IMG/VR virus record: IMGVR_UViG_3300028591_000168 | Span: 1 to 64,000 of that record | DNA length: 64,000 bases | From: a virus | Lineage: Duplodnaviria > Caudoviricetes | Reading direction: 5' to 3' (one strand) | Shown here: piece after piece, positions 32,915 to 43,646 of the stretch | How the letters are laid out: every line of letters begins with the position of its first letter | Numbering within the stretch: the stretch's first letter is position 1 | Made by a program: the position numbers and the translations under genes | Notes under the pieces: generated by a model | Database searches by the model: none | The model's input: only the letters and a program-made list of their open reading frames with translations | What the model was told of the DNA's origin: nothing

Positions 32915-34582
32915 ATGGCAGGTAGACTATCTACAGCAAAAAAGCTTATGAACTTTTTAACTAAAGATTTGCAAATGGATACCAAAGAAGCAAAAAATAT
33001 TCTTGGACAATTAGGACAAAAAGATAAATTTTATGAAGGAGATAATGCGGAACGCTTTTTAAGTCACATAGAGGAAAAATTTAAAATAGCAAGAGACAAC
33101 CCACAATTGGGTCATACTGATACTGATCCCATAATAAAGGACTTTTTGTCGGTAAATAATATTGGACAAACGACTTGGGACAGAGGATACCGTACGGGAA
33201 CTTTTACAGAGAACTGGAAGGATATGGGATTTGACCGGTATGATTATCATGATAGATATAATCAAATTTATAATGATAATTTACGACAAGCAGTGAGAGG
33301 TAATTTTAATTACAGTAAATTAAACGATATTGAAAAACAGATGTCTACAGTAAGTCCAGAAAGTCTTGCTGAAAAAAATGGTTTTTCAATAAGTAAAGAT
33401 GGCAAGTTAATACCAAAATCAGAAGAATTAAAAATAGAAAAACCAGAGGGAGCACTAACTCAAGAAGACATTGATCGTGTAAATAAAGAATTTCACCAGC
33501 GTAAAACACCAATAATGGCTTTTCAAAGAGAATATGAAAGACTGCGATTTGCTAAAGACATGGGCATGGACCCTAAATATCTCAGTCTTGAAAGTATGGA
33601 CAGAGTTAAGGCAAACATACGAGAGAACTTGGATAAAGCATCTCAAGGTGGATCGGTTAACCAGATATTTCTTAATCAACTGGATAAAGATGGGGCGATA
33701 CGGGCACGCCAAGCAGCTATAGACAATGCTAATAAAAATATTGCTGACAGTCAGAAGATTCTTGATGAGTATGAAAACCGTCTAAAAGAACAAGGTGCAA
33801 ATTCTGATGTTATTCAAGAGTCCTTTGATACTTTTAATTATTTGGATCAACTAGCAAAGGTCACAGATGAACAAATAGCAGCGCAGGCAGGTCAGACAGG
33901 TTCTGACGTAAAGAACGTGATAGAAACAATGAAAGCAGCCCGTACTTTTGCACAAAATCCAACTGACGAAAAAGTAATAGCTGATTACGTAAAAACAATG
34001 CAAGATAAAGGATTAAAGGGTTATGATATAGAAAATCAGACACATATTGGGAAAGCTTACGCAGCACACGTACGTCTAAAGCAGGCTCAGGAAGATCTAG
34101 AAAAGATAGGATCAGGCAAAACCTTGCAAGAGACAGCGGCAGGATCTGCACAAGAAGCAGCCGTAGCTGACGCTGCTGCTGACTTCTCAGGCGTTTTGCC
34201 TACTTACGAACAAGCTATGGCTGGTAACGGAAAGGTTTCTCTTGATCGTGCTATGTTACGAGAAAGAATGAAAGGCGATCCGTCAAGCTGGGGCTTTGAC
34301 GCTGCGGCTGAGCATCTTGCGAAAGAACAAGATACGTACCTTGGTAAAAGAATTGAAGAGATTAAAAAGAGCAAGGCTTCTGACGCCGAAAAGAGAAAGA
34401 TGTTTGATGACGCTATTGCTACCGTGCAAAAAAACGTAGCTGAAGGTCCCGGTATGTCTAACTACTTCTTTGGTAATCAACTTCATACGGGGGCTGTAGG
34501 AGCGGCAGCTATCGTAGGAACCATGGGCGTAGCCTTTGGTGGCCGCAAGAGTAACGCTGAGCTTTACTCGTCACCATTCTAA
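32915..34582 (+). CDS. helical hypothetical protein with C-terminal Gly/Ala segment (555 aa)
   Basis: AAGGTG RBS; ends GAVGAAAIVGTMGVAFGG. Confidence 0.8.
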   Translation: MAGRLSTAKKLMNFLTKDLQMDTKEAKNILGQLGQKDKFYEGDNAERFLSHIEEKFKIARDNPQLGHTDTDPIIKDFLSVNNIGQTTWDRGYRTGTFTENWKDMGFDRYDYHDRYNQIYNDNLRQAVRGNFNYSKLNDIEKQMSTVSPESLAEKNGFSISKDGKLIPKSEELKIEKPEGALTQEDIDRVNKEFHQRKTPIMAFQREYERLRFAKDMGMDPKYLSLESMDRVKANIRENLDKASQGGSVNQIFLNQLDKDGAIRARQAAIDNANKNIADSQKILDEYENRLKEQGANSDVIQESFDTFNYLDQLAKVTDEQIAAQAGQTGSDVKNVIETMKAARTFAQNPTDEKVIADYVKTMQDKGLKGYDIENQTHIGKAYAAHVRLKQAQEDLEKIGSGKTLQETAAGSAQEAAVADAAADFSGVLPTYEQAMAGNGKVSLDRAMLRERMKGDPSSWGFDAAAEHLAKEQDTYLGKRIEEIKKSKASDAEKRKMFDDAIATVQKNVAEGPGMSNYFFGNQLHTGAVGAAAIVGTMGVAFGGRKSNAELYSSPF

Positions 34583-34597
34583 GGTGGTGTAAACATT

Positions 34598-37500
34598 ATG
34601 GCGTTACCTTTAATAGAAAGATTGCTTAATGCCAGAGGAATTTCTGACACTACCGCTATCAAGAACTTTCTAAACCCCCATACCGCTTTCGAAAACCCCT
34701 TTATGATGAAAGATATGTACAGCGCAGTCAGCAGAATCGAAAGAGCTATCAAAAGTGGTGAGCGGATAACTGTTTTTGGTGATTACGACGTTGACGGGGT
34801 ATCAGCTACTGCGATAATGTATCGTACCCTGTCAGATCTTGGAGCTGCTGTTGATACCTACATTCCTAAGAGATCTGAAGGATACGGTCTTAACAGTAAC
34901 GCTCTCAAAAGTCTTGCTGAAAAAGGTACTAACCTGTTAATAACGGTTGACACGGGTATCGGTAACGAGAAAGAGATCTCTGAGATCGCTGACAAGTTTG
35001 ACGTTATCGTTACCGATCACCACCTGGTACCTGAGGGTGGTGTGCCGTCAGCCGTTGCTGTCCTTAATCCGCACCAAGCAAAAGATTACTATCCTAACAA
35101 AAATCTTAGTGGTGCAGGCGTTGCCTTCAAGCTTAGCCAAGCCTTGAGAAACAAGATAACAGGTGCTGATATCCAAAAGTCAGTTGAAAATCTTGAACTT
35201 GCAGCGTTAGCTACCGTTGCTGACGTTGTGCCTATGACAGGAGAGAACCGAAAGATCGTAGCTGACGGCTTAAAGGCTATCCAAGCGTCGCAAGATAAGG
35301 CAATCCAAGCACTGTTAAAAACGACAGATCTTGCACAAAAAAAACACCTTACTGCTGAAGATATCGGTTTTAAAATAGCACCCCGTATTAACGCTGCAGG
35401 CAGGGTAGAAGATCCCGGCATAGCGCTGTCCTTGTTCACTCTTGATCAACAAGAGAACAAAGCTGTCTTTCAAAAAATAGCTGATTCTTTGTCCGAGCTT
35501 AACAAGAAGAGAAAAGCTATAGAAGCTGATATCGTTCAAAGTGCAGAAAAACAGCTGTTACAACTGCGACAACAAACAGGCGGTTATATCAGTTCCGTCA
35601 TTGTTGAAAACAAAGGGTGGCACGAGGGCGTTGTAGGTCTTGCGGCAGCAAGGTTATCTGAAAGACACAAACTGCCGTCGATAGTGCTAACCAGCGAAGA
35701 CGGCAAGATCTATCACGGATCTGCCCGCAGTGTACCGGGCTTTAACGTTATGGATGCGCTTAGGGAAACTGACAAGTTCTTGCTAAGGTATGGCGGTCAC
35801 GAACAAGCAGCAGGTTTAGTCATAAAAGCAGAGAACCTTTCTGCCTTCAAGGCTGCGTTTGATAACTTTGCAAGGGATAACTTTCCGTCTCTTGCTGCTC
35901 TTGAACTTGTAGACGCAGATCTGGATCCTGCAGAAATAACCTTAGCTGACGCTAAAGAACTTGAAAAGATGGGGCCTTTTGGTGTTAACAACGAAAGACC
36001 AATTTTTGGAGTCTCTGACGTTAGGGCCAGTGACGTTAGAACAAGCAGTGACGGTAAACACTTGTTTTTTAATATTGGCGATAAACGTGCTGTAGCTTTT
36101 GGTGCAGGTAACCTGGAAGACTTAGTTAGGGACAGCAACGTCGACGTTACCTTCTCTCTTGATATCAACGAGTTTAGAGGAACAGAAAACGTTCAGCTTA
36201 ACGTTAAAAGTGTAAGGCCTGTTGCCGGTAACTCTGTTAAGGCCTTGTCTGACACTGTTATCCAAGATATCTACAAGTTCTTGCAGACAAGAAGCAATGA
36301 ACCTTTTAACGTTAGTACCTTGGCTGCTGACTTCAGTAAAAAAACAGGTGTGCAGATATCCGGGTATGACTTTGGTACAGCTACTAAGATCTTGGAAGAG
36401 TTAGGACTTTTTTCTGCTGTAGTTAATGACGGATCTGTTTTTACTGCAAGTCATAATGGTAATATCAACTTTACCGGCTCACAAACTTACCGTAACCTTA
36501 AAGGTATCACCTTATCAGGGGCACCTGTTCGAGTTATTCCTGTCTCTGATCCTGTTGAAAATGTAACACCTGTTACTCCTGCCCCTTCTGTATCACCTTC
36601 TTCCGGTACACCTACCGTTGCAGCGTCAGTAACACAAGATATCGTCGTATCACCACCACCTGTGGCAGAAGAAACGGCAGCAGCAGTTATTACAGAAAAT
36701 GTAGCTGCGCCGGTAGATCTTGTAACGTTGCCTGAAGAAAACATTTCTGCTGAGACAGTTGTTAAGGAAACAGAAAAAGCCGGTATTGTCGTTGATACGC
36801 CAGATGCTCCACCTGTACCGGTACAAGAAGAGATATCTGCAGCAGTACAAAAGGATCTCAAGATTACTCGTGATATCCCGGAAGTTTGGGACTCCGTTTC
36901 TGTTAACACTGCAGCTGACGTTGCTGCCCCTGTTAAACCTACGCTAGTATCTGTTGACCCTAAAATAGCTGACAGAGTTCGTAATATGAAACAGAAGTTA
37001 GCAGAGAGTAAAAAGCAAAACAGCACAAAGCCTAAACAAGAACGACAAAAAAGACAAACGGATATCAAACCGACAAAGCCTGAAAAAAGAGAGCAGTGGT
37101 TTATTGACAGGATCAATGAACTTATAAAATATTTTCGTTATCCGTTACCCGCTAATGACGCACCATTAGATGAAATTTTATTGAGCAAGATTAGAGACGA
37201 AAGTTTAAGAACACAGATAAGCTATCCTGATCCTGATCTTGTTGACGAGAAGACTTACATACAAGAACTTATACGTCTTAAGGAAGAACAAGCCAGCAGA
37301 GATCTTGACGCCTTAAAAAAAATTATTAACGTTAAGACCGACGAACTTGGTAAAAAACTTGTTGATATCAGGCTTAACGAAATAGGAAGCGCTGCAGAAG
37401 AAGCTCTCAGAGAAAGTTACGAGAGTGGCAATATTGAGGCAGCAACTACGTTCTATGACGAAGATCTCGCAAAAGTCAGAATAAGAAAGAAATACGTAAA

Positions 37501-40500
37501 AGGTAAAGACGGACAAGAGTATCTGAGAGATACTTCAGCTGAAACTACTCTTAATGAGTGGTTACGGCAACTTTCTGACACAAAGTATCCCGGAGTAACG
37601 AAACAAGCTAAAGAACTGAGAGAACGTTATATCGCGCTTTCCGGAAAACAGGATTACAAACAACCGGGATCTACTCTTCACAGAGAAACGATAGTCTTGC
37701 GAGAGAAGATAGGCAAAGAGATAGCAAAAAGAGCAGGCAAAGATATTGAAGACAAGGTCAAAGATCTGGCTTCCAAGGGCGGCTCTCTTCTTTATCGCAG
37801 AATAGCTGACAGGATTACAGCTTTAGATAATGACGTATTAACAGCAGAACAGCAAGGCATTATCAACAGGTTAATGTTTAACTTTGAGACTGACGTAGAC
37901 ATTTTTGAGTCTTACCAACAGATTGCAAAAACTTTAGGATTAAAGGTTAAGTTTAAGAAAGACCAGTCAGCTGTCGACAAAGTTAAGATTTATCGCAAAG
38001 AGTTAAGCGAAAGACTTGAAGAAATCAAAGGAAGACAAGATATCGACAAGATATCACTTGGTTACCTTGACCTGATATCAGCTAACAAAGATAAAGACGA
38101 CGAAGGTTATAAGGCTGCCAAAAAGCAACTGATAGAAGCCAGGACAGACGGACTTTGGAATTCCAGGGTTAGAAACCTTGAAAATCCCAGCCAAGGTAAG
38201 CCTACCGAAAATCTTGCACTATGGTTAAGATATGCTGACGTTGCTATTGCAGATCAACAACAGAGACGAGCTGAGCTTTTAGATCCTAACATAAGCTTGG
38301 AACGTTTTAACGAGCTGTTAGAAGATCCCAAGTATAGACACGTAATGCCCAGGGTATCCTACACTAAAGACGGTAAACAAGCTACAAGAATGGCAGGTAC
38401 GAGATTTAACAATAAGTTATATCGTGTTGGCATATCGGGATTAGCTGATATCGACCTTGATCGTCTTAAGACTGACGTTGCAGAAGTATTGGCTCCGTTC
38501 TACGACAGTATCAGAGAGAGTCATAACCGTATTATTGCAGCAAGAAGCTTAACCGAAAAAGGTTTGTCTGATCAGATTATATCGCTTCAAAATTCTTTAA
38601 CTGTTACCCCTCCCAAGGAAGGCGACTACAGGCTTAAAAGACTTAAGGGAGTACAAAAACTTTATGATTACGTAACAAATGATCCTACCAAGGTAATCCA
38701 AGATAAAATTGAAGAAAAAGGCTATACCGCAGGTCTGCGTAAGGCCATTTACCTTGAAGAAAAACTAAAAATAGAAGCTGACATTTACGAAACTGATCCT
38801 AACGCAAAAATATTGCTTAGCAGAGATCTTAAGGGTGACGAAAGATTATCTGCACTCCGTGATATCAGAACTCAAAAACAATGGGCTGCTGCTGATATCC
38901 CTATATTGTCTGAGGGACTTTCTGCTCCTAACTTTGTTGGTAAACAATCTCTTGAGAAACAATGGCGTTGGTGGCAAACTGCTATTAATAACGTAAGACA
39001 ACTTTCAAGCGAATCTTTTGAGGACGTTCAAGAACGTCTTCGTAATTTAGAATCTTCTGAAAGAAAAAACTACCTTAAGTCACTTCCAAAAGATTATATT
39101 GTTGAGGTTAAAGGCGCTGCTGCAGGAGACTCTTCTATCTTTTATAGGACTATCGCTGACAAGGAAATATTAGATGAGTTTGAAGAGAAACTAAATACTA
39201 CAATAAAAACTTTATTTGAACAAGATCGACAGGGACTAATAGAACATTATAATAAAAGACTAGAAGATCTTGATACCAGACGTAAGATGCTTGAAGAAAA
39301 AGATGCCGCAGAAAAAACTAAGGAAGACACAGAAGAATTAGAGAAGATACTCACTACAGAACAAAAACTACAGAAGAAACAAACTGCTCTGAGTGAAGCA
39401 GTTGATCCCGTTACCAGGATTGACGAAAAAGCTGCAATACAAGGTCAACGTATTTCTTGGAAACAACAAAGTGCAGAAATTTTACAGTTACAACGTGATA
39501 TCAGAGATATCATTCCGTCAATAAGCTTTAAGGATATCTTTGACGAAAGAGAAAAAGACACTAAAGTTGACAAAAAGACTAAGTATTCTAACAGAGTTAT
39601 AGCGTTAAGAGAAATTCATGATGAGTTAAAAGCAGTACAACAAGAATCGTTTGATGATTTCCAAAAAAGAGTAGCAGACTTAGGATCTCTTCCTGCGTGG
39701 TTACCAAAACATAGTCTTATCAAGATAGGTAAAGAAGAAGGACAAAATGTTCGTTATTATCGTACTTTCGTTGACGAAGATACTCAACAGCTTGATAAAG
39801 AAATACAAGAGAATCTTAATACCATTAGAGAAACAGACGAACAAATACAAAAAATCTTTAAAGAACAAGCTAATAAGAAGTTAGAGTATCTGCAAAAACA
39901 GGAACAGCAATATCCTACACCTGACGGATCACAAAGAAAACAAGCTATAGAGAGATTAACTGACAGATTAGAAAAACTTAAAGATCAATCTAATGCTGCT
40001 GACCAGATAGAAAAAATTGGTGGTTATAACGCAAGATATCAGGTAGCACAAAGAGAAGCTACCAACTTGCCCACAAAGCTAAAAATTTTACAAGCAGATC
40101 CTAACTATCACTTTGACGAAGATTTTAAGTATGACACAGCTAATGAGGTTATTACTAACATTCAAAATGATACTAAGGCCCTTGCTGATATCAAAGGAAA
40201 ATATGAAGGTTACGATAACGAATACTTGTCAAGGTTTAAGCCTATAAAAGAACAACTTGATTGGTGGCAAACCTTTGATCAAGAGTATCAATGGTTAACT
40301 ACAGCTACACAAAAACAAGTTAGTGATAAACTCAACAGTTTTGACAGTGAAGAATTCAGAAACTACAGAAGGTCACTTCCTGATAACTTTTTTGATACTT
40401 TCTTTGTTAAACAAGATAAAATATGGTACAGGATAGGCACTGACGTAAGTGAACAAGAAGCTGACGTCATGAGGAAACGACAAGAAGAATACAACAAAGA

Positions 40501-41236
40501 TAAAAAGGAACGCGAGAAAGTTATTCTTAATACAGGGCAAAAACCTGTGCCTTCTGTTACTGCTCCTAACGTCTTTGGAATTGCTAACAGCAGCAGAATG
40601 GCTGACTCTTCCGTTATCGACAAAGTAACAGAAATGTCGAAGCTTACCGGACAAGCTTTTTCTGACAGTTATGATCAACTGCTGGTGACAGAACGAGAAG
40701 TATATGATCGTAACTTTGGTAAACCGATAAAAAGCAACGGTGTTTGGTACCAAAACATTTTTGTAATGCCAAATGACGCGTGGAAAGACTTTGAGGAACA
40801 AAACGGTCGTGCCATTCCGAGAGTAAGACCCGGTGTAGACAAACAAGAGTCTTATGACGTTGTTGCCGAACAGGAACTACAACAAAAGATAACTGCTGAT
40901 ATCAGAGAAAGATCTTGGAACTTTGTACCAAAAACCAGACCTGCGCTACCTGCACAGCAAACGCCGTCTTCACCTTCTGTTACACCGGAGACAAAAGAGA
41001 CAGCAGCTAAAACTGTAAGGCCAAAACCAGTTGCAGTAATCAAGGAACAGAAGAGTGCTATCGAGAAGGTATTACAAGAACTGAGATCACCTACTACTAT
41101 GAAGTCGATGGGTATGATGGGATTAGCAGGCGCCTTTGCTCTTTGGAATATGGCAATGACAGGACCGTCAAGAGAAGCACAAGAACACAGAAGAAGAGTA
41201 GAAGAAGAGAGAAGAATGAGACAGTATGGTTATTAA
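34598..41236 (+). CDS. recJ: RecJ (DHH) ssDNA exonuclease fused to a ~1500-aa linker, coiled-coil region and hydrophobic tail (2212 aa)
   Basis: GDYDVDG, ITVDTG, TDHH, LATVADVVP, PRINAAGR, GSARS, YGGHEQAAG, PFGVNNERP in the first ~600 aa. Confidence 0.9.
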   Translation: MALPLIERLLNARGISDTTAIKNFLNPHTAFENPFMMKDMYSAVSRIERAIKSGERITVFGDYDVDGVSATAIMYRTLSDLGAAVDTYIPKRSEGYGLNSNALKSLAEKGTNLLITVDTGIGNEKEISEIADKFDVIVTDHHLVPEGGVPSAVAVLNPHQAKDYYPNKNLSGAGVAFKLSQALRNKITGADIQKSVENLELAALATVADVVPMTGENRKIVADGLKAIQASQDKAIQALLKTTDLAQKKHLTAEDIGFKIAPRINAAGRVEDPGIALSLFTLDQQENKAVFQKIADSLSELNKKRKAIEADIVQSAEKQLLQLRQQTGGYISSVIVENKGWHEGVVGLAAARLSERHKLPSIVLTSEDGKIYHGSARSVPGFNVMDALRETDKFLLRYGGHEQAAGLVIKAENLSAFKAAFDNFARDNFPSLAALELVDADLDPAEITLADAKELEKMGPFGVNNERPIFGVSDVRASDVRTSSDGKHLFFNIGDKRAVAFGAGNLEDLVRDSNVDVTFSLDINEFRGTENVQLNVKSVRPVAGNSVKALSDTVIQDIYKFLQTRSNEPFNVSTLAADFSKKTGVQISGYDFGTATKILEELGLFSAVVNDGSVFTASHNGNINFTGSQTYRNLKGITLSGAPVRVIPVSDPVENVTPVTPAPSVSPSSGTPTVAASVTQDIVVSPPPVAEETAAAVITENVAAPVDLVTLPEENISAETVVKETEKAGIVVDTPDAPPVPVQEEISAAVQKDLKITRDIPEVWDSVSVNTAADVAAPVKPTLVSVDPKIADRVRNMKQKLAESKKQNSTKPKQERQKRQTDIKPTKPEKREQWFIDRINELIKYFRYPLPANDAPLDEILLSKIRDESLRTQISYPDPDLVDEKTYIQELIRLKEEQASRDLDALKKIINVKTDELGKKLVDIRLNEIGSAAEEALRESYESGNIEAATTFYDEDLAKVRIRKKYVKGKDGQEYLRDTSAETTLNEWLRQLSDTKYPGVTKQAKELRERYIALSGKQDYKQPGSTLHRETIVLREKIGKEIAKRAGKDIEDKVKDLASKGGSLLYRRIADRITALDNDVLTAEQQGIINRLMFNFETDVDIFESYQQIAKTLGLKVKFKKDQSAVDKVKIYRKELSERLEEIKGRQDIDKISLGYLDLISANKDKDDEGYKAAKKQLIEARTDGLWNSRVRNLENPSQGKPTENLALWLRYADVAIADQQQRRAELLDPNISLERFNELLEDPKYRHVMPRVSYTKDGKQATRMAGTRFNNKLYRVGISGLADIDLDRLKTDVAEVLAPFYDSIRESHNRIIAARSLTEKGLSDQIISLQNSLTVTPPKEGDYRLKRLKGVQKLYDYVTNDPTKVIQDKIEEKGYTAGLRKAIYLEEKLKIEADIYETDPNAKILLSRDLKGDERLSALRDIRTQKQWAAADIPILSEGLSAPNFVGKQSLEKQWRWWQTAINNVRQLSSESFEDVQERLRNLESSERKNYLKSLPKDYIVEVKGAAAGDSSIFYRTIADKEILDEFEEKLNTTIKTLFEQDRQGLIEHYNKRLEDLDTRRKMLEEKDAAEKTKEDTEELEKILTTEQKLQKKQTALSEAVDPVTRIDEKAAIQGQRISWKQQSAEILQLQRDIRDIIPSISFKDIFDEREKDTKVDKKTKYSNRVIALREIHDELKAVQQESFDDFQKRVADLGSLPAWLPKHSLIKIGKEEGQNVRYYRTFVDEDTQQLDKEIQENLNTIRETDEQIQKIFKEQANKKLEYLQKQEQQYPTPDGSQRKQAIERLTDRLEKLKDQSNAADQIEKIGGYNARYQVAQREATNLPTKLKILQADPNYHFDEDFKYDTANEVITNIQNDTKALADIKGKYEGYDNEYLSRFKPIKEQLDWWQTFDQEYQWLTTATQKQVSDKLNSFDSEEFRNYRRSLPDNFFDTFFVKQDKIWYRIGTDVSEQEADVMRKRQEEYNKDKKEREKVILNTGQKPVPSVTAPNVFGIANSSRMADSSVIDKVTEMSKLTGQAFSDSYDQLLVTEREVYDRNFGKPIKSNGVWYQNIFVMPNDAWKDFEEQNGRAIPRVRPGVDKQESYDVVAEQELQQKITADIRERSWNFVPKTRPALPAQQTPSSPSVTPETKETAAKTVRPKPVAVIKEQKSAIEKVLQELRSPTTMKSMGMMGLAGAFALWNMAMTGPSREAQEHRRRVEEERRMRQYGY

Positions 41237-41266
41237 CAAACAGTTACAAGGAGGAAATTATCGTGT

Positions 41267-43627
41267 ATGGCAACAAAAATGTCACCAGTAGAAGTTGAGA
41301 AAGTTAAGGCTATTTTAAAAGATCCCGTTCTTTGGGCTAAAGCTTTTGTTGTAGCCTTGAATCCTGAAACCAAAAAGTACGGACCTTGGATAGCTCGTGA
41401 CTACCAAGCAGAACTTCTCAGAAATCGTGATATCAGGAAAGCTTATCGTATGGGACGCAGGTTAGGAAAAACCGAAATAATGTGCATAGACGGTTTGTGG
41501 CAATGTTTTACCCATAAGAACTACCGTGTACTGTATGTTACCCCTTACGAAAACCAAGTTAACTTGATCTTTATGAGAATGAGAGAGATCATTCACGAAA
41601 GTCCTATGATAAAAGCTGAAGTCGTTAAAATGAAGAACTCACCTTACACTATCGAGTTTGCTAACGGGTCTACGATTCTGGGCTTGACTACGGGCGCAAG
41701 CACAGGTCAGGCCGCAGCGTCAATTCGCGGCCAGCGAGCTGACTGGATTTTTTTGGACGAATTGGATAAAAATTAAGAAAACTTTATAGTTCAAGTAAAA
41801 CTCCGTTAAACGGTGAAAGACCCAAGGGGTTAACGCCGTACCAAGCTGTAGCGGTAACGTTATAGTAGTGTCTAACGACTAGAAGTGAGACCTACGGGTC
41901 AATAAAATCTTCCACGAAAGCGGGGCAACTCTCTGATATCATATCGTCAAGAAGTTTTTATCAGAGCAGAAGAAATAGTCTGAACTCATAGGTAACTATG
42001 AGATAACGGAATAAAAAGTCCGTTGATAACAAAGTGTATATGAACAGTGGTGATTACGGTACAGTGTCAGCAATAGCTAACGAGCGTCCTGATATTGGCA
42101 TCACTGTATCATCAACACCTACAGGACGTCGCGAAATATTTTGGCGTGCTTGTACTGATTCTAGTTTTGGTTACACAGCTTGGCACATTGCAAGTCAACG
42201 ATCTCCTTTGTGGACCGAGGACATGGATACACGAGCGCGTGCTGAGCTGACTCAACAAGAGTACGAACACGAAGTTCTTGCAGAGTTTGGTACAGAAGAG
42301 TTAGGTGTCTTCAACAAGGAAGATATCGACAAGGCTGCAAGGCAGTTATGGTACACTTACGAACTATTAAACAAAATGCAAGAGAGATCTATAGAAGGGC
42401 AACAACCGCCCTTATCTTTTGTATTTACAAGAGAAAACCCTGCACCGCAAAGCTTGCTTCGAACTGTTGGGGTCGATTTTGACAAGTTTCAAGCAGGTTC
42501 TTCTATTATAGTTCTTGATTATGATATAAAAGTTAAGAAGTTTATAGTAATGAAGCGAATAGAGATACCACGTAGTGAGTATACTCTTGATAACGCTGTT
42601 AAGGCGATTATCAGTGTTAACGAAATTTATAATCCCCGTTGGATCTTTCTTGATCGTGGTTACGGTGAAAAAGTTTTGATATCAAGAATACGTCTGTGAT
42701 ATCAAAGTACGCCGCCTTACAAGACAGATATCTTACAGTAATAGTTTTGTAAGAGTATAACCGGACAAAAACGGTAAAAGCTGTGACGTGCTGATACCGT
42801 GGTAACTCATAAGTGAGTACCGTAACGCGTAGAAGGTGCAATAATCTTTCCAAGAGTGTCCGGCACAGCAGATATCTCTGTGAAAATGTACGCTGACCCT
42901 GTACGAAAGTGCAGGAAGCAAGGGATAAAAAGCCTTTGCGATAACACAAGTGGATTATCAACTTGAAAGGTTACAAATTTACGGGGAACAACACCCTAAC
43001 ACGGGTTTAAAAAATAAGGTAATGGGTTTTCAACTTAGCCAGGTTATTAACGTACCTAATCCGGTTAAGAAAACTTTTTCTAAGGAACCGCTAAAACCTT
43101 TTATGGTTAATTCCTTAGTTAAGGCCTTTGAAGACGGCAAAATGATACTTTCACCATTTGACGAAGTGTTGTCAAAGCAACTTATTGACTATTCTGTTGA
43201 AAGAGTAACTCAAAGTGGTAAACCTGTTTACACCAGTAAAAACGAACATTTTGTTGACGCACTGGGGTTAGCTTACCTTGCTATGGTACTTAAGTTTCCT
43301 GAGGTAACCCAGTACATTAAGGAAATACAAAACACAAGTGTAATATCTACTGCTGTGTCACCTTTCTATGACAGAGTAGATCGTGATATCAGAAGCATTG
43401 AAACAGTTAGAGATCCTTGGGGTTCTAAAAATCGTCCTGTATCTCAGATAGGAAAAGGCCCCGGTGAAAGAGCAGGAGAATATCAACAGTGGGTTAAGGC
43501 GCCTGAAAGAATAACCGGAAAAGGTTATAATCTTAGAGTGTCTGCACCAAGGTCTTCTAGTAATGGCAATTACGGCAGTGCGTTTTCAAGAAGTCCAAGG
43601 GGTACAGGTGGTCGCAGTTTATGGTAA
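41267..43627 (+). CDS. terL: terminase large subunit, join(41267..41767,42037..42666,42953..43627), 601 aa
   Basis: GRRLGKT Walker A; IFLDELD|YM Walker B restored by splicing; SSTPTG; GVDFD and DRGYG|DYQ nuclease motifs; HFVDAL. Confidence 0.9.
41768..42036 (+). mobile_element. group I intron 1 in terL (269 nt, no ORF)
   Basis: 5' exon ends in U (UUGGAU pairs with GUUCAA); intron ends in G; P/Q/R/S elements AAACGGUGAA, ACGCCGUACC, ACGACUAG, AAUAGUCUG; frame restored. Confidence 0.88.
42667..42952 (+). mobile_element. group I intron 2 in terL (286 nt, no ORF)
   Basis: Exon ends GGU, intron ends G; P7 variant ACGCGUAG/GUACGCUG; frame restored. Confidence 0.85.
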
Positions 43628-43646
43628 GGAGGACTTAAAAGGTATT

